A DNA stretch of 24,589 nt, taken from positions 1-24,589 of the forward strand of contig JBHIAT010000038.1 in the NCBI GenBank assembly GCA_046758705.1, read 5' to 3'. This document shows positions 1 through 8,443 of the stretch, one piece after another. The stretch's first letter is position 1. Each line of letters starts with the position of its first letter. The notes under the pieces are model-generated. The model made no database searches. It saw only the letters and a list, made by a program, of their open reading frames with translations, and had not been told where the DNA came from. The position numbers and the translations under genes were made by a program. The DNA comes from Candidatus Bipolaricaulia bacterium. GTDB taxonomy: Bacteria; Bipolaricaulota; Bipolaricaulia; JBHIAT01.

Positions 1-1
1 C

Positions 2-49
2 GTCGTTGAGAAACGATGGGAAAAGTTATTGCCACTTATGAACGAATAG
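2..49 (+). CDS. 3' end of an upstream CDS (partial, ...VVEKRWEKLLPLMNE*)
   Basis: Open frame from the window edge to TAG at 47-49, 25 nt before the next start and co-oriented with all other genes. Too short to identify. Confidence 0.4.
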   Translation, partial: VVEKRWEKLLPLMNE

Positions 50-74
50 GTGCCGAATCATCCCGGAATCTGAT

Positions 75-1058
75 GTGAACTTCGAGAATTTACCTCAAAT
101 ATCGGGTTATTTGTGGCGCGCGATGCGCCTGGACGATGCCGCCTCCTTGCATCGGTTTGAACTCGCCTGTTCCGAACTCGACGGCGCGACCGGGTTGCGC
201 ACCCAGGCGGACTGGCAGCGTAAATTGACGGACGAAGCCCATACGGCCGAAAACAGTGTGATCGCCATCGATGAGAACAGCCACATCGCGGCGGCCGGAC
301 GGATCGATTACAGCTTGAGAGCTGAAGAGGTTCACGCCTTTCTCGACGGACGGGTGCATCCCGATCATCGGGGGCAAGGCATAGGCACGGCGCTGCTCGG
401 TTGGCTGGAAGCACGGGGACATGAGCACCTCGCGTCCATTGCCGATGGTCGCCAGCAGGTTCTCCGCATTCTCTTTTACGACCGCGCCGCTGATGCGGTC
501 GACCTGTTCGAACGCCACGGTTTCAGACATCAGTACGCTGAGGACGAGATGCGACACGACCTACGTGAGCCGATCCCCGAACGGCCGTTGCCCGGAGGCA
601 TGACATTTCACACTTGGACCCCGGAGAATGCGTCCGATTACTTCAAGGTTTATGAAGATGCATTTCGCACGCGTACTGGATCGAGATTGAGCAAGCCAGC
701 CTGGCATGATCATTTTGCCAACGAGGAGGATGAGGAGTTTCACCCGGAACTGTCATTGCTCGCCAGGGACAAAGATGAACCGGTCGCTTATGCCGTTTGT
801 CATGTAGACGTCGTCGACGACGGCGCAACGGTCGATGAAGCGTGGATCACCCAGATGGGCGTGCGGCCGGCATGGCGCCGGCGTGGCATCGCTTCTGCTT
901 TGTTGGCGGAGTCCATGCGTCGCTTTGCGGCTTCGGGTTATACTTACGCGATGCTCTCCGTCAACGTCAACAACCCGGAGGCGCGGCGCCTCTATGAACA
1001 GATGGGTTTCAGGTCGACCAAACGTTTGAACGTCTATCGTAAAGAGATCGAACCGTAG
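75..1058 (+). CDS. Tandem-domain GNAT family N-acetyltransferase (MshD-like architecture)
   Basis: Two acetyl-CoA-binding motif A copies (VHPDHRGQGIGTALL and VRPAWRRRGIASALL) and C-terminal NPEARRLYEQMGF. GTG start. Confidence 0.9.
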   Translation: MNFENLPQISGYLWRAMRLDDAASLHRFELACSELDGATGLRTQADWQRKLTDEAHTAENSVIAIDENSHIAAAGRIDYSLRAEEVHAFLDGRVHPDHRGQGIGTALLGWLEARGHEHLASIADGRQQVLRILFYDRAADAVDLFERHGFRHQYAEDEMRHDLREPIPERPLPGGMTFHTWTPENASDYFKVYEDAFRTRTGSRLSKPAWHDHFANEEDEEFHPELSLLARDKDEPVAYAVCHVDVVDDGATVDEAWITQMGVRPAWRRRGIASALLAESMRRFAASGYTYAMLSVNVNNPEARRLYEQMGFRSTKRLNVYRKEIEP

Positions 1059-1070
1059 AAGGAGCAACCC

Positions 1071-2786
1071 ATGTTGAACTTTTCACTTGACCGTGTTCCG
1101 TTTAGCACCTTTGGAGCCTGGCACTCCCTGGCCCAACTCCCTTTGCTCAACAGCGTTCAACCGGCACCGCTGGGCGAGGGCATCTATCTGCGGTCCCATC
1201 ACGGAGGAGAAAGAGGCATGGAAATCGTTCAGCTTGTGCCGATACGTGATGGCCGTGAGATCGAATCCAAGGTTCAAGCCGATGCTGTCTCACTGCGTTG
1301 GGAAGACGATGAAGATAGATGGATCGAGCTGTGCTTCGACGGCCCCCAGAGCTTGCGCCTGCAGGGTCAAGGACTCGGGTTGCGCGTGAAGAGCGTCCAA
1401 TGGACGGTGGCGTACCGCCCGGACGAGCGTTTGGTCACCTTCAATATCCTTGGAGCCATGCGCCGCTACCAGTTCGAGTGTATTTCAGGGCAGATCAAGC
1501 TTCACGGGCCATGGAAAGCGGGTCAGCAGGATGAGAAACAGGTACAAATCGATCTGATATCTGGCGATGATGGCCACTGGGAAACGGCGGTTGACGAATT
1601 CTGGAGCACCTGGATTCCCCGTTCCCGACGCGACTTTGATGCCTGCCTCTCTGCCACACGGAGTGATTTCGAGAAATGGCTTGCCGGCATTCCCGATGTG
1701 CCGTCCGAATTCACCGATGCCCGCACGTTAGCGGCGTACATCAACTGGTCGTTCACGGTTGCACCGGAAGGCCTGCTGCACCGCCCATCGATGCTCATGT
1801 CAAAGAACTGGATGAATAACGTGTGGAGTTGGGACCATTGTTTCAATGCCATGGCCTTAGTGCAAAGCCACAGCGACCTGGCCTGGGATCAAATGCTTCT
1901 CATGGTCGATCATCAGGACGAGTACGGTGCCTATCCCGATGTCGTTAACGACGTTTTCAAACAATACAACTTCAGCAAACCCCCCGTCCACGGCTGGACC
2001 GTGTTAGAACTCTGGCGGCAAAATCCCGATGCGGCCAGCAAAGAGCGGTTGGAAATCATCTATGGCTCGTTGGAACGCTGGACCCGATGGTGGTTGGAGC
2101 ATCGCCGTTTGCCCGGTCAGGCATTGCCCCATTATCTCCATGGGAATGATAGCGGCTGGGACAACAGCACCATGTTCGATGAAGGCGTGCCGCTCATAGC
2201 TCCTGACCTTGCGGCTTTCTTGATTGTGCAGATGGATGCGTTGAGCGCGCTCGCGGAACACCTGGGCCGTGCGTCTGAAGCACCAATCTGGCAGCACGAA
2301 GCCGATCAACTCTTGGATGCACTGCTCAACCAGTTATGGAAAGAGGACCATTTCATCGCGAAGCTGGCCGTGGATGGACGGGAAGTCGAAAGCGACAGCT
2401 TGATCCCATGCATGCCCATCTTGCTCGGCAAGCGATTGCCAGCAACGGTGAGCGCCAAGTTGGCCGAGAACATCGAACGTTTCCTTACCGAATACGGCCT
2501 GGCCACAGAGCACCCCAATAGTCCTGCCTACACGTCTGATGGCTATTGGCGTGGGCCGATTTGGGCACCAAGCACGTATATCGTTGTCTGCGGGCTGGAG
2601 CAGAGCGGATACCGGAAGCTGGCACGCCGCATCTCCGAACGTTTCTGTGCGCTTTGCGCACGCAGCGGCTTTGCAGAAAACTATGATGCGCTGACCGGTG
2701 CAGCACGACGCGATCCAGGTTATACATGGACGGCCAGTGTCTTTCTTTTGTTGGCTGAACGTCTAAGAGGTCAATTAGGGGCTTAG
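1071..2786 (+). CDS. (alpha/alpha)6 glycoside hydrolase, GH63/MGH1-like (amylo-alpha-1,6-glucosidase/trehalase-like annotation class)
   Basis: Motifs WSWDHCF, SKPPVHGW, DSGWDNS (catalytic Asp), YWRGPIW, FAENYD (catalytic Glu). SD AAGGAG at ~1059-1064. Confidence 0.85.
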   Translation: MLNFSLDRVPFSTFGAWHSLAQLPLLNSVQPAPLGEGIYLRSHHGGERGMEIVQLVPIRDGREIESKVQADAVSLRWEDDEDRWIELCFDGPQSLRLQGQGLGLRVKSVQWTVAYRPDERLVTFNILGAMRRYQFECISGQIKLHGPWKAGQQDEKQVQIDLISGDDGHWETAVDEFWSTWIPRSRRDFDACLSATRSDFEKWLAGIPDVPSEFTDARTLAAYINWSFTVAPEGLLHRPSMLMSKNWMNNVWSWDHCFNAMALVQSHSDLAWDQMLLMVDHQDEYGAYPDVVNDVFKQYNFSKPPVHGWTVLELWRQNPDAASKERLEIIYGSLERWTRWWLEHRRLPGQALPHYLHGNDSGWDNSTMFDEGVPLIAPDLAAFLIVQMDALSALAEHLGRASEAPIWQHEADQLLDALLNQLWKEDHFIAKLAVDGREVESDSLIPCMPILLGKRLPATVSAKLAENIERFLTEYGLATEHPNSPAYTSDGYWRGPIWAPSTYIVVCGLEQSGYRKLARRISERFCALCARSGFAENYDALTGAARRDPGYTWTASVFLLLAERLRGQLGA

Positions 2787-2840
2787 ATTTAGATGGAAGA
2801 ATGTCTGTCTAATTCAGCTAAGGTCAGTTGAGGAGGGGCG

Positions 2841-3212
2841 ATGAGTTTTTCCTTCGTCCAAATTACCGATCACCACTTGTGCGAATCGGAGATGATGCTC
2901 CCACATGGCTTTTCGCCCGCTCATGCTTTTCGCGCGGTGATGCGGCATATTGCTGAAAACGTGGCAACCCGTGCTGACTTTATTGTCACGACCGGAGATC
3001 TCATCGAGCCAGCCTCAGATGCTGCTTATAAGACTTTATGCCGAATGCTGGGAGTGGAGTCCGGGTCAGGGAGTGCACCTGGGCCGCTGTTCGTATCAAT
3101 AGAGGGATTGCGCGAGTTTGCAATGTATTTCCTACCGGGAAATCACGATGATCGAGACGGTTTCTTTAGATATATGGGTGTATATTGTGACTCAAATGAC
3201 ACCAAAGAGTAG
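2841..3212 (+). pseudogene. 3'-truncated calcineurin-like metallophosphoesterase (Icc/CpdA-like)
   Basis: Strong SD GAGGAGG. Motif I (QITDHH), II (TTGDL) and III (PGNHD) are present, but the ORF ends ~19 codons after GNHD and lacks motifs IV/V (H, GHxH). Confidence 0.75.
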
Positions 3213-3301
3213 CGGAAATATCAGCGTTGAGATTAAGAGGACTTCAGTGAACAGATGAGGCACGCGAATGCGCCCAGCTTATGGCTCATTCTGAGCCATT
3301 G

Positions 3302-3331
3302 TTGACTCGCATGGGAAAGGCACGTTATACT
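3302..3331 (+). promoter_or_regulatory. Putative sigma70 promoter
   Basis: TTGACT (3302-3307), 18-nt spacer, TATACT (3326-3331). Preceded by a perfect 8-bp inverted repeat ATGGCTCA-ttc-TGAGCCAT (3281-3299). Confidence 0.6.
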
Positions 3332-3347
3332 GAATGACAGTCAGCGG

Positions 3348-3370
3348 GCGGTTGAACTCGGACGTTATGT
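3348..3370 (+). mobile_element. attC-like right half (L'/R' core) of an integron cassette
   Basis: GCGGTTGAACTCGGAC-GTTATGT resembles the typical attC 3' end (GCxGCTGAACTCGGxC-GTTRRRY). It overlaps the ATG (3367) of the next gene. Confidence 0.6.
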
Positions 3371-3936
3371 CATCAACTCATAGCTTCTTCTTCTTTATAT
3401 TTTCGATCCTTATCGCCGGGTTGCCTTCCTGTGTCTTAGCGGAAGTAGAATCTGACACGTCGGCTTATGAATCCCTGAACATAGCCTGGGGCGAACAGGT
3501 TAATGGCTTAAGGTTAGGACTGACCCTCAATCGTTCGGATTTCCAAAAGGGTGAAATCGTTGAATTCACAGCCTACTTGAAGAATGACGGGAAAGCTTCC
3601 ACTAATATACCGGGTTTCTTCTTTGGTCTAGAAATACCAGCAATCAGGATCTATGACGCCGATGGAAACGAAATCGGCTTCGTGAAGGAGAATCTTGAAA
3701 TTCATATCGGATCGGATACAGCGATCAGACCGGGTGATATCCTTGCTGCTAAGCAAACGATCACTTTGAATAAGACAATGTGGGAAGGCGACGTGGGGAC
3801 ATATCGCGTCATAGCGGTTTACGACACAAGAAGCCAGCTATGGGGAAACCGGCAGGATCTGCAAACAAAACCTCGTAACTATTGGATCGGAACGTGTGAA
3901 AGCGCCGAAGTATCTTTCACGGTCAAAGCGAAGTAA
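3367..3936 (+). CDS. Hypothetical exported protein, probable Ig-like beta-sandwich; cassette-like gene
   Basis: N-terminal hydrophobic stretch ending VLA|E (signal peptide). WGEQVNGLRLGL...GEIVEFTAYLKNDG and GTYRVIAVY are beta-strand patterns. The ORF-track start 3334 runs through the attC-like site, so ATG 3367 is preferred. Confidence 0.7.
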   Translation: MSSTHSFFFFIFSILIAGLPSCVLAEVESDTSAYESLNIAWGEQVNGLRLGLTLNRSDFQKGEIVEFTAYLKNDGKASTNIPGFFFGLEIPAIRIYDADGNEIGFVKENLEIHIGSDTAIRPGDILAAKQTITLNKTMWEGDVGTYRVIAVYDTRSQLWGNRQDLQTKPRNYWIGTCESAEVSFTVKAK

Positions 3937-3959
3937 CATAATCCCTTGCTGCAGTGGAC
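3936..3959 (+). mobile_element. Degenerate attC-like left half (R''/L'')
   Basis: ACATAAT-CCCTT-GCTGCAGTGGAC directly at the stop codon. ACATAAT matches 6/7 to ACATAAC, the reverse complement of the upstream core GTTATGT. Confidence 0.55.
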
Positions 3960-4022
3960 GTGCTGGTAAACGCAGGATCAGATGCGAGCGTCGTCGAATG
4001 ACGCCGGAAAAGGAGGAATCAC

Positions 4023-4376
4023 ATGGAGGATATGGTAATCAAACGATTCGATGCGTCCGACGAGATTCGGTGTTTCGGAAAGGGGAAATTCGAACTCGTG
4101 AAGATTGGGGGAATGACGATTGGACGGGCTAGCTACGAACCAGGTTGGAAGTGGTCCGAGCACGTAAAGCCCGTCGTAGGGACCCCAAGCTGTGAAATTG
4201 AACACGTTGGTCTGGTCCTGTCAGGACGTGCGCAAATTGTGATGGACGACGGCGCCGAGATCGAACTCGGGCCCGGCGACCTGTTCTCCATAGGCCCGGG
4301 TCACGATAGCTGGGTCGTTGGAGATGAACCCTACGTATCCCTGCATTTCTTAGGGGCAGACGAGTACGCTGAGTGA
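4023..4376 (+). CDS. Cupin domain protein
   Basis: PGWKWSEHV...CEIEHVGLVLSG and LGPGDLFSIGPGHDSWVVG cupin motifs. SD AGGAGG at 4011-4016. Confidence 0.9.
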   Translation: MEDMVIKRFDASDEIRCFGKGKFELVKIGGMTIGRASYEPGWKWSEHVKPVVGTPSCEIEHVGLVLSGRAQIVMDDGAEIELGPGDLFSIGPGHDSWVVGDEPYVSLHFLGADEYAE

Positions 4377-4864
4377 TGGCGTCTAACAAGCTACTGCAGC
4401 CGACAGTTCACGTCGAATTGGTCTTGGTCGATAAAACGGAACTACCAATCTTTCGAAAGATGGTAGAGGCCTATTGGCACGAGCTGATGCCGGACGCTAT
4501 CGTCCTTCGCGATTCTGCCGAAGGTGAAGCTTATTTTCAAAGCCGGTTCTCTTGGGAGGGCGGAAACAACAACCCCTATTGGGCGCTCGTCGATGGCCGT
4601 CGAGTCGGGTTCTTGATGTTCCGAGTACTTGGGGATGGTCGATCGGCTCACGTGCATGACTTTTATGTGGTTCCGGAGGAACACCGTAAAGGCTACGGTA
4701 CGGCAATGGTCAAGTGGCTACTTGCACACCTTGACCATCTTGGTGTGACACAAATCGACTTGCACGTCAGAGTCGATAATCCGGGAGCTGGTGAGTTCTG
4801 GAAAGCTCAAGGATTTGAGATTGTTCAATACCGTTTCAGGCAATATCGAGATCCAAAGAATTAA
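4373..4864 (+). CDS. GNAT family N-acetyltransferase
   Basis: FYVVPEEHRKGYGTAMV motif A and NPGAGEFWKAQGF. The start overlaps the cupin stop (GTGATG). The N-terminus is encoded by the attC-like sequence. Confidence 0.85.
   Translation: MMASNKLLQPTVHVELVLVDKTELPIFRKMVEAYWHELMPDAIVLRDSAEGEAYFQSRFSWEGGNNNPYWALVDGRRVGFLMFRVLGDGRSAHVHDFYVVPEEHRKGYGTAMVKWLLAHLDHLGVTQIDLHVRVDNPGAGEFWKAQGFEIVQYRFRQYRDPKN
4381..4404 (+). mobile_element. attC-like left half (R''/L'')
   Basis: GTCTAAC-AAGCT-ACTGCAGCCGAC fits RYYYAAC-N5-L'' and lies 4 nt after the cupin stop. No matching right half downstream. Confidence 0.65.
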
Positions 4865-4890
4865 GAAATTATAAACCGGAGGAAAACCCT

Positions 4891-5989
4891 ATGGAACAGT
4901 ATCGAGCCGATGTAGTCGGCAGCATGCTTCGTCCCGAGTATCTCCTACAACGCGCGCGAGCAGTTTGCGGAGGGAGAACTCGCGGACGCTGAGTTCAAGC
5001 GGATCGAAGACCGAGCCGTGGATGAGTGCATCGCCATCCAGGAACGGGCCGGGGTCGATGTTCTCACCGATGGGGAGATGCGGCGCACTGTGTTTGCCAG
5101 CCAACTGGTGCAGGCGACGGAAGGGTTCGAGGAGATTCGGAACAATTGGGTGGATTGGTTCGACATGGAAGGCAACATCGAGACCAGCCCGGTCACTGTC
5201 GGCCTGGTGGGTAAGATCAAGCGTAAGCGCCATCTGTCCGCCGAAGAGTTCTCCTACCTGCGAGGGAAGACCAGCCGTCCCGTGAAGATTACGATTCCAA
5301 GCCCCACCATGTACGCCTATTACTGGATGCCTGGCGTGTCTGATGCCGCTTACCCGTCCACCGATGCCTACCTGGCCGACGTGACTGATATCCTAACAGA
5401 CGAGGTGGCCGAACTGGTACGGCTTGGCGCGGAGTACATACAGTTTGACGCCCCCGAGTTCGGGATGTTGATCGATCTGCATCAGCAGGCATGGTTCGCC
5501 GACAAGGGGTTCGATCCCGATAGAATGATTCACGACGGAGTCGAGATGATCAACACGATCATCGCCGGCTACTCCGGAATCATTTTTGGGCTGCATATCT
5601 GCCGCGGCAACGACGCAAGCCGTTACATGGCCAAGGGAAGCTACAGCCAGATTGCCGAAATGATCTTCCCTCACACCCAAGTACAACGGTTACTGCTGGA
5701 ATATGACGATGAGCGATCCGGCGATTTTATGCCGCTGCAACAGGTACCAGACGACAAGGGGGTCGTGCTGGGCTTGATTACGACCAAGACACCACGAGAG
5801 GAGACGGCAGACGGGTTGCGTGCCCGGATCGCTGAGGCCAGCAGGTATGTTCCGCTGGAACGCCTCGCTCTCAGCCCTCAGTGTGGCTTCGCCTCAGTGG
5901 CCCAAGGCAATGCGATCAGTTTTGAGGCTCAGGAAAGAAAACTGCGGCTGGTTGCGGAGGTTGCTCGCCAGGTATGGAATGACGAGTAG
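4891..5989 (+). pseudogene. Cobalamin-independent methionine synthase II (MetE C-terminal-like) family gene with a +1 frameshift near 4951
   Basis: SD GGAGG then ATG 4891 gives MEQYRADVVGSMLRPEYLLQ. The family sequence continues in the +1 frame as AREQFAEGEL...IEDRAVDECIAIQERAGVDVLTDGEMRR. Zn ligands HICRGN, LLEYD and SPQCGFAS are intact. Confidence 0.85.
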
Positions 5990-6033
5990 AGGAGGTAACC
6001 GCTACTGACGCAGCGTAGCTCAAGGCTATTTTC

Positions 6034-6819
6034 ATGAACCGTCTCTTCAGGATATTCTTTTCGGGATCCCTGGCCTTATTAGCGGCATTTTTTGTTTTAT
6101 CTTGCTCAAATTCCGAGAATACTCCGGTCTATACCTATAAGGTCGTGAATACTTATCCACATGACCCCAATGCCTTCACACAAGGATTGGTTTTTGAAGA
6201 CGGCGTTTTATATGAAGGAACAGGGCTTTATGGACGGTCCACGTTGCGTAGAGTGCGGTTGGAAACAGGAGATGTCTTACAAAGACGGAGGCTCCCCGCT
6301 CGATTTTTCGGTGAGGGTGTGACCATCTATGGGAGCAAGATCATCCAGTTGACCTGGCGATCCAATGTCGGTTTTGTCTACGATAAACACAGTTTTGAGC
6401 TCCTACAACAGTTCAACTATCCAACTGAGGGATGGGGCATTACACATGATGGGGATCGCTTAATCATGAGTGATGGCACGTCAACATTGTACTTTTGGGC
6501 TCCTGAAACCTTTGAGGAGATCGGTCGGATTGAAGTCCATGACGACGATGGTCCCGTGACCCGACTCAATGAATTGGAATACGTGAACGGGGAGATCTAT
6601 GCCAATGTCTGGCAAACCGACCGCATCGCCAGGATTGCACCTCAGACGGGTCAAGTGATTGGATGGATAGAGCTGGAAGGCCTTTTAAATCCAGAAGATC
6701 TGAGCAAGCCGGTTGACGTTCTCAACGGCATTGCGTATGACGCAAAGAATGATCGGTTGTTTGTGACCGGAAAATTGTGGCCTGGACTCTTTGAGATCCA
6801 ACTGGTTTCTCTGAAGTAA
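6034..6819 (+). CDS. Glutaminyl-peptide cyclotransferase (type I, beta-propeller glutaminyl cyclase), probable lipoprotein
   Basis: YPHDPNAFTQGL, ESTG-like EGTGLYG, FGEG, EGWGIT, MSDGT, LNELE, VLNGIAYD and VTGKLWP motifs. Lipobox-like VLSC. Confidence 0.92.
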   Translation: MNRLFRIFFSGSLALLAAFFVLSCSNSENTPVYTYKVVNTYPHDPNAFTQGLVFEDGVLYEGTGLYGRSTLRRVRLETGDVLQRRRLPARFFGEGVTIYGSKIIQLTWRSNVGFVYDKHSFELLQQFNYPTEGWGITHDGDRLIMSDGTSTLYFWAPETFEEIGRIEVHDDDGPVTRLNELEYVNGEIYANVWQTDRIARIAPQTGQVIGWIELEGLLNPEDLSKPVDVLNGIAYDAKNDRLFVTGKLWPGLFEIQLVSLK

Positions 6820-6840
6820 TTGACGATTCCCTTTCAGTCG

Positions 6841-6870
6841 TTGCTCTTCTCCCTCAGATCTCGATATACT
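6841..6870 (+). promoter_or_regulatory. Putative sigma70 promoter
   Basis: TTGCTC (6841-6846), 18-nt spacer, TATACT (6865-6870), upstream of ATG 6904. Confidence 0.5.
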
Positions 6871-6903
6871 AGGCGAAAAGGTGAAGGTGGGGTGATCAGG
6901 AGG

Positions 6904-7413
6904 ATGGCAACGATCTTCGGAGGCAAAATCAGGATCTCCTCGATTGTTCGTTTCCCCGCGCTGGTCCTGCTCCTCGCGCTCCTGGTGTACACTCCTCAGT
7001 CCGTGAGCGCATCAGAAGATGATTCTTCTTATGACTCGGTCTTCGACCGGGTGGCGAACCGGGTCGCCACAGGGATCGAAGCGGCCGGGATCGCCATCAT
7101 TATAGGCGGTGCGATCGCCGTCACCGGCGTCTTCTTTCGCCAGCTGCTCAGAGAGAGAGCGCTCGGCGAGCCATATCACCAATACCGAGCAAACCTCGGC
7201 CGAGTGATCCTCCTGAGCCTCGAATTCCTGGTTGCCGCTGATATCGTTGGCACGGTTGCCGTCGACCCGACTTTCCAGAATCTGGGCGTGCTGGGTCTCA
7301 TCGTCCTCATCCGGACGGCCCTGAGCTTCGCGCTCGAAGTGGAGATCAGCGGTCACTGGCCCTGGAAACAGAGCGAGGGCTCCAGGAAATCAAAGGGGGA
7401 GGAAGCGGCTTAG
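6904..7413 (+). CDS. DUF1622 family membrane protein
   Basis: LGRVILLSLEFLVAADIV...LGLIVLIRTALSFALEVEI...WPW signature. ATG 6904 is preferred over TTG 6820, which would span the promoter. Confidence 0.85.
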   Translation: MATIFGGKIRISSIVRFPALVLLLALLVYTPQSVSASEDDSSYDSVFDRVANRVATGIEAAGIAIIIGGAIAVTGVFFRQLLRERALGEPYHQYRANLGRVILLSLEFLVAADIVGTVAVDPTFQNLGVLGLIVLIRTALSFALEVEISGHWPWKQSEGSRKSKGEEAA

Positions 7414-7440
7414 CATCAACTCTCAAGGGAGGGAGATTCA

Positions 7441-8421
7441 ATGCCTGAGATTACGGATTCACCACCTGAAGAAATCGAGGACGAACTCGTTGAGCTGCGA
7501 GATGTACTTGACAATGACATCCCGGCTAAGGAACTCGACAAGAACTTGCTCATCGCCACCTGGAATATACGCGCCTTTGGGAACCTGACCAAGAAATGGG
7601 AGTCCGGCGCCAACGACAGCCCCAAACGAGACCTGCACGCCTTGCTCTGTATCACCGAAATTGTCTCTCGCTTCGACGTGATCGCACTGCAAGAGGTAAA
7701 GGCCAATATCAAAGCGCTACGCCACATGTTCAAACTGCTTAGACCGAACTGGGGATTGATCTTAACGGATGTCACCAAGGGTGATCCAGGCAATGGGGAA
7801 CGCATAGCGTATTTATTTGACACACGAAAGGTGCAGCTCTCCGGATTGGCCAGTGAACTCGTCGTCCCGAAAGAGCAGTTAGACAAAATCGAGCCGGACG
7901 CTCTTGACAAGCAGTTTGCGCGCACACCGTACGCGGTTAGCTTCCAGTCGGGTGGAAAAACCTTTATCCTGGTTACGCTGCACGTTCTCTATGGAGACAA
8001 GGCCCCGGAGCGTACCCCTGAACTCAAAGCAATTGCCCAATGGCTTGCAGAATGGGCTAAAGATATCAATGCCTGGGATCACAATCTGATCGCCCTCGGC
8101 GACTTCAATATCGATCGAAAAGGAGACAAACGTTATTTGGCCTTCACCGAGACCGGGCTTTCTCCCCCGGAAGATTTAAACAAGGTCCCTCGGACCATCT
8201 TTAGCGATCCTACAAAGCCGGATCTCGGTAAGTTCTATGACCAGATCGTGTGGTTCACAGGAGATAACGATATTCCGGCGCTGTCATTGAAGTATTTACG
8301 CGGAGGCAATTTTGATTTCACCAAAGTGGCTCTGAAATCACGAAATCTGACCAAAACGCAACTGTCGTGGCGCATCTCCGACCACTATCCGCTGTGGGCT
8401 GAATTCTCACTGCGCGCTTAG
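7441..8421 (+). CDS. Endonuclease/exonuclease/phosphatase (EEP, DNase I-like) family protein
   Basis: IATWNI, IALQEV, TLHV, LGDFN, YDQI and SDHYPLW catalytic motifs. Confidence 0.9.
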   Translation: MPEITDSPPEEIEDELVELRDVLDNDIPAKELDKNLLIATWNIRAFGNLTKKWESGANDSPKRDLHALLCITEIVSRFDVIALQEVKANIKALRHMFKLLRPNWGLILTDVTKGDPGNGERIAYLFDTRKVQLSGLASELVVPKEQLDKIEPDALDKQFARTPYAVSFQSGGKTFILVTLHVLYGDKAPERTPELKAIAQWLAEWAKDINAWDHNLIALGDFNIDRKGDKRYLAFTETGLSPPEDLNKVPRTIFSDPTKPDLGKFYDQIVWFTGDNDIPALSLKYLRGGNFDFTKVALKSRNLTKTQLSWRISDHYPLWAEFSLRA

Positions 8422-8443
8422 TGTGAATCACCGGGGAGTATGT

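Noticed and set aside
2807-2830. GTCTAAT after the glycosidase stop as a possible attC inverse core
   Set aside because: No L-box-like sequence or partner follows; could be chance.
4940-4995. Programmed ribosomal frameshift or Sec readthrough at TGA 4990
   Set aside because: No canonical slippery heptamer or +1 shift motif. The TGA is out of the homologous frame, so readthrough would not restore the protein.
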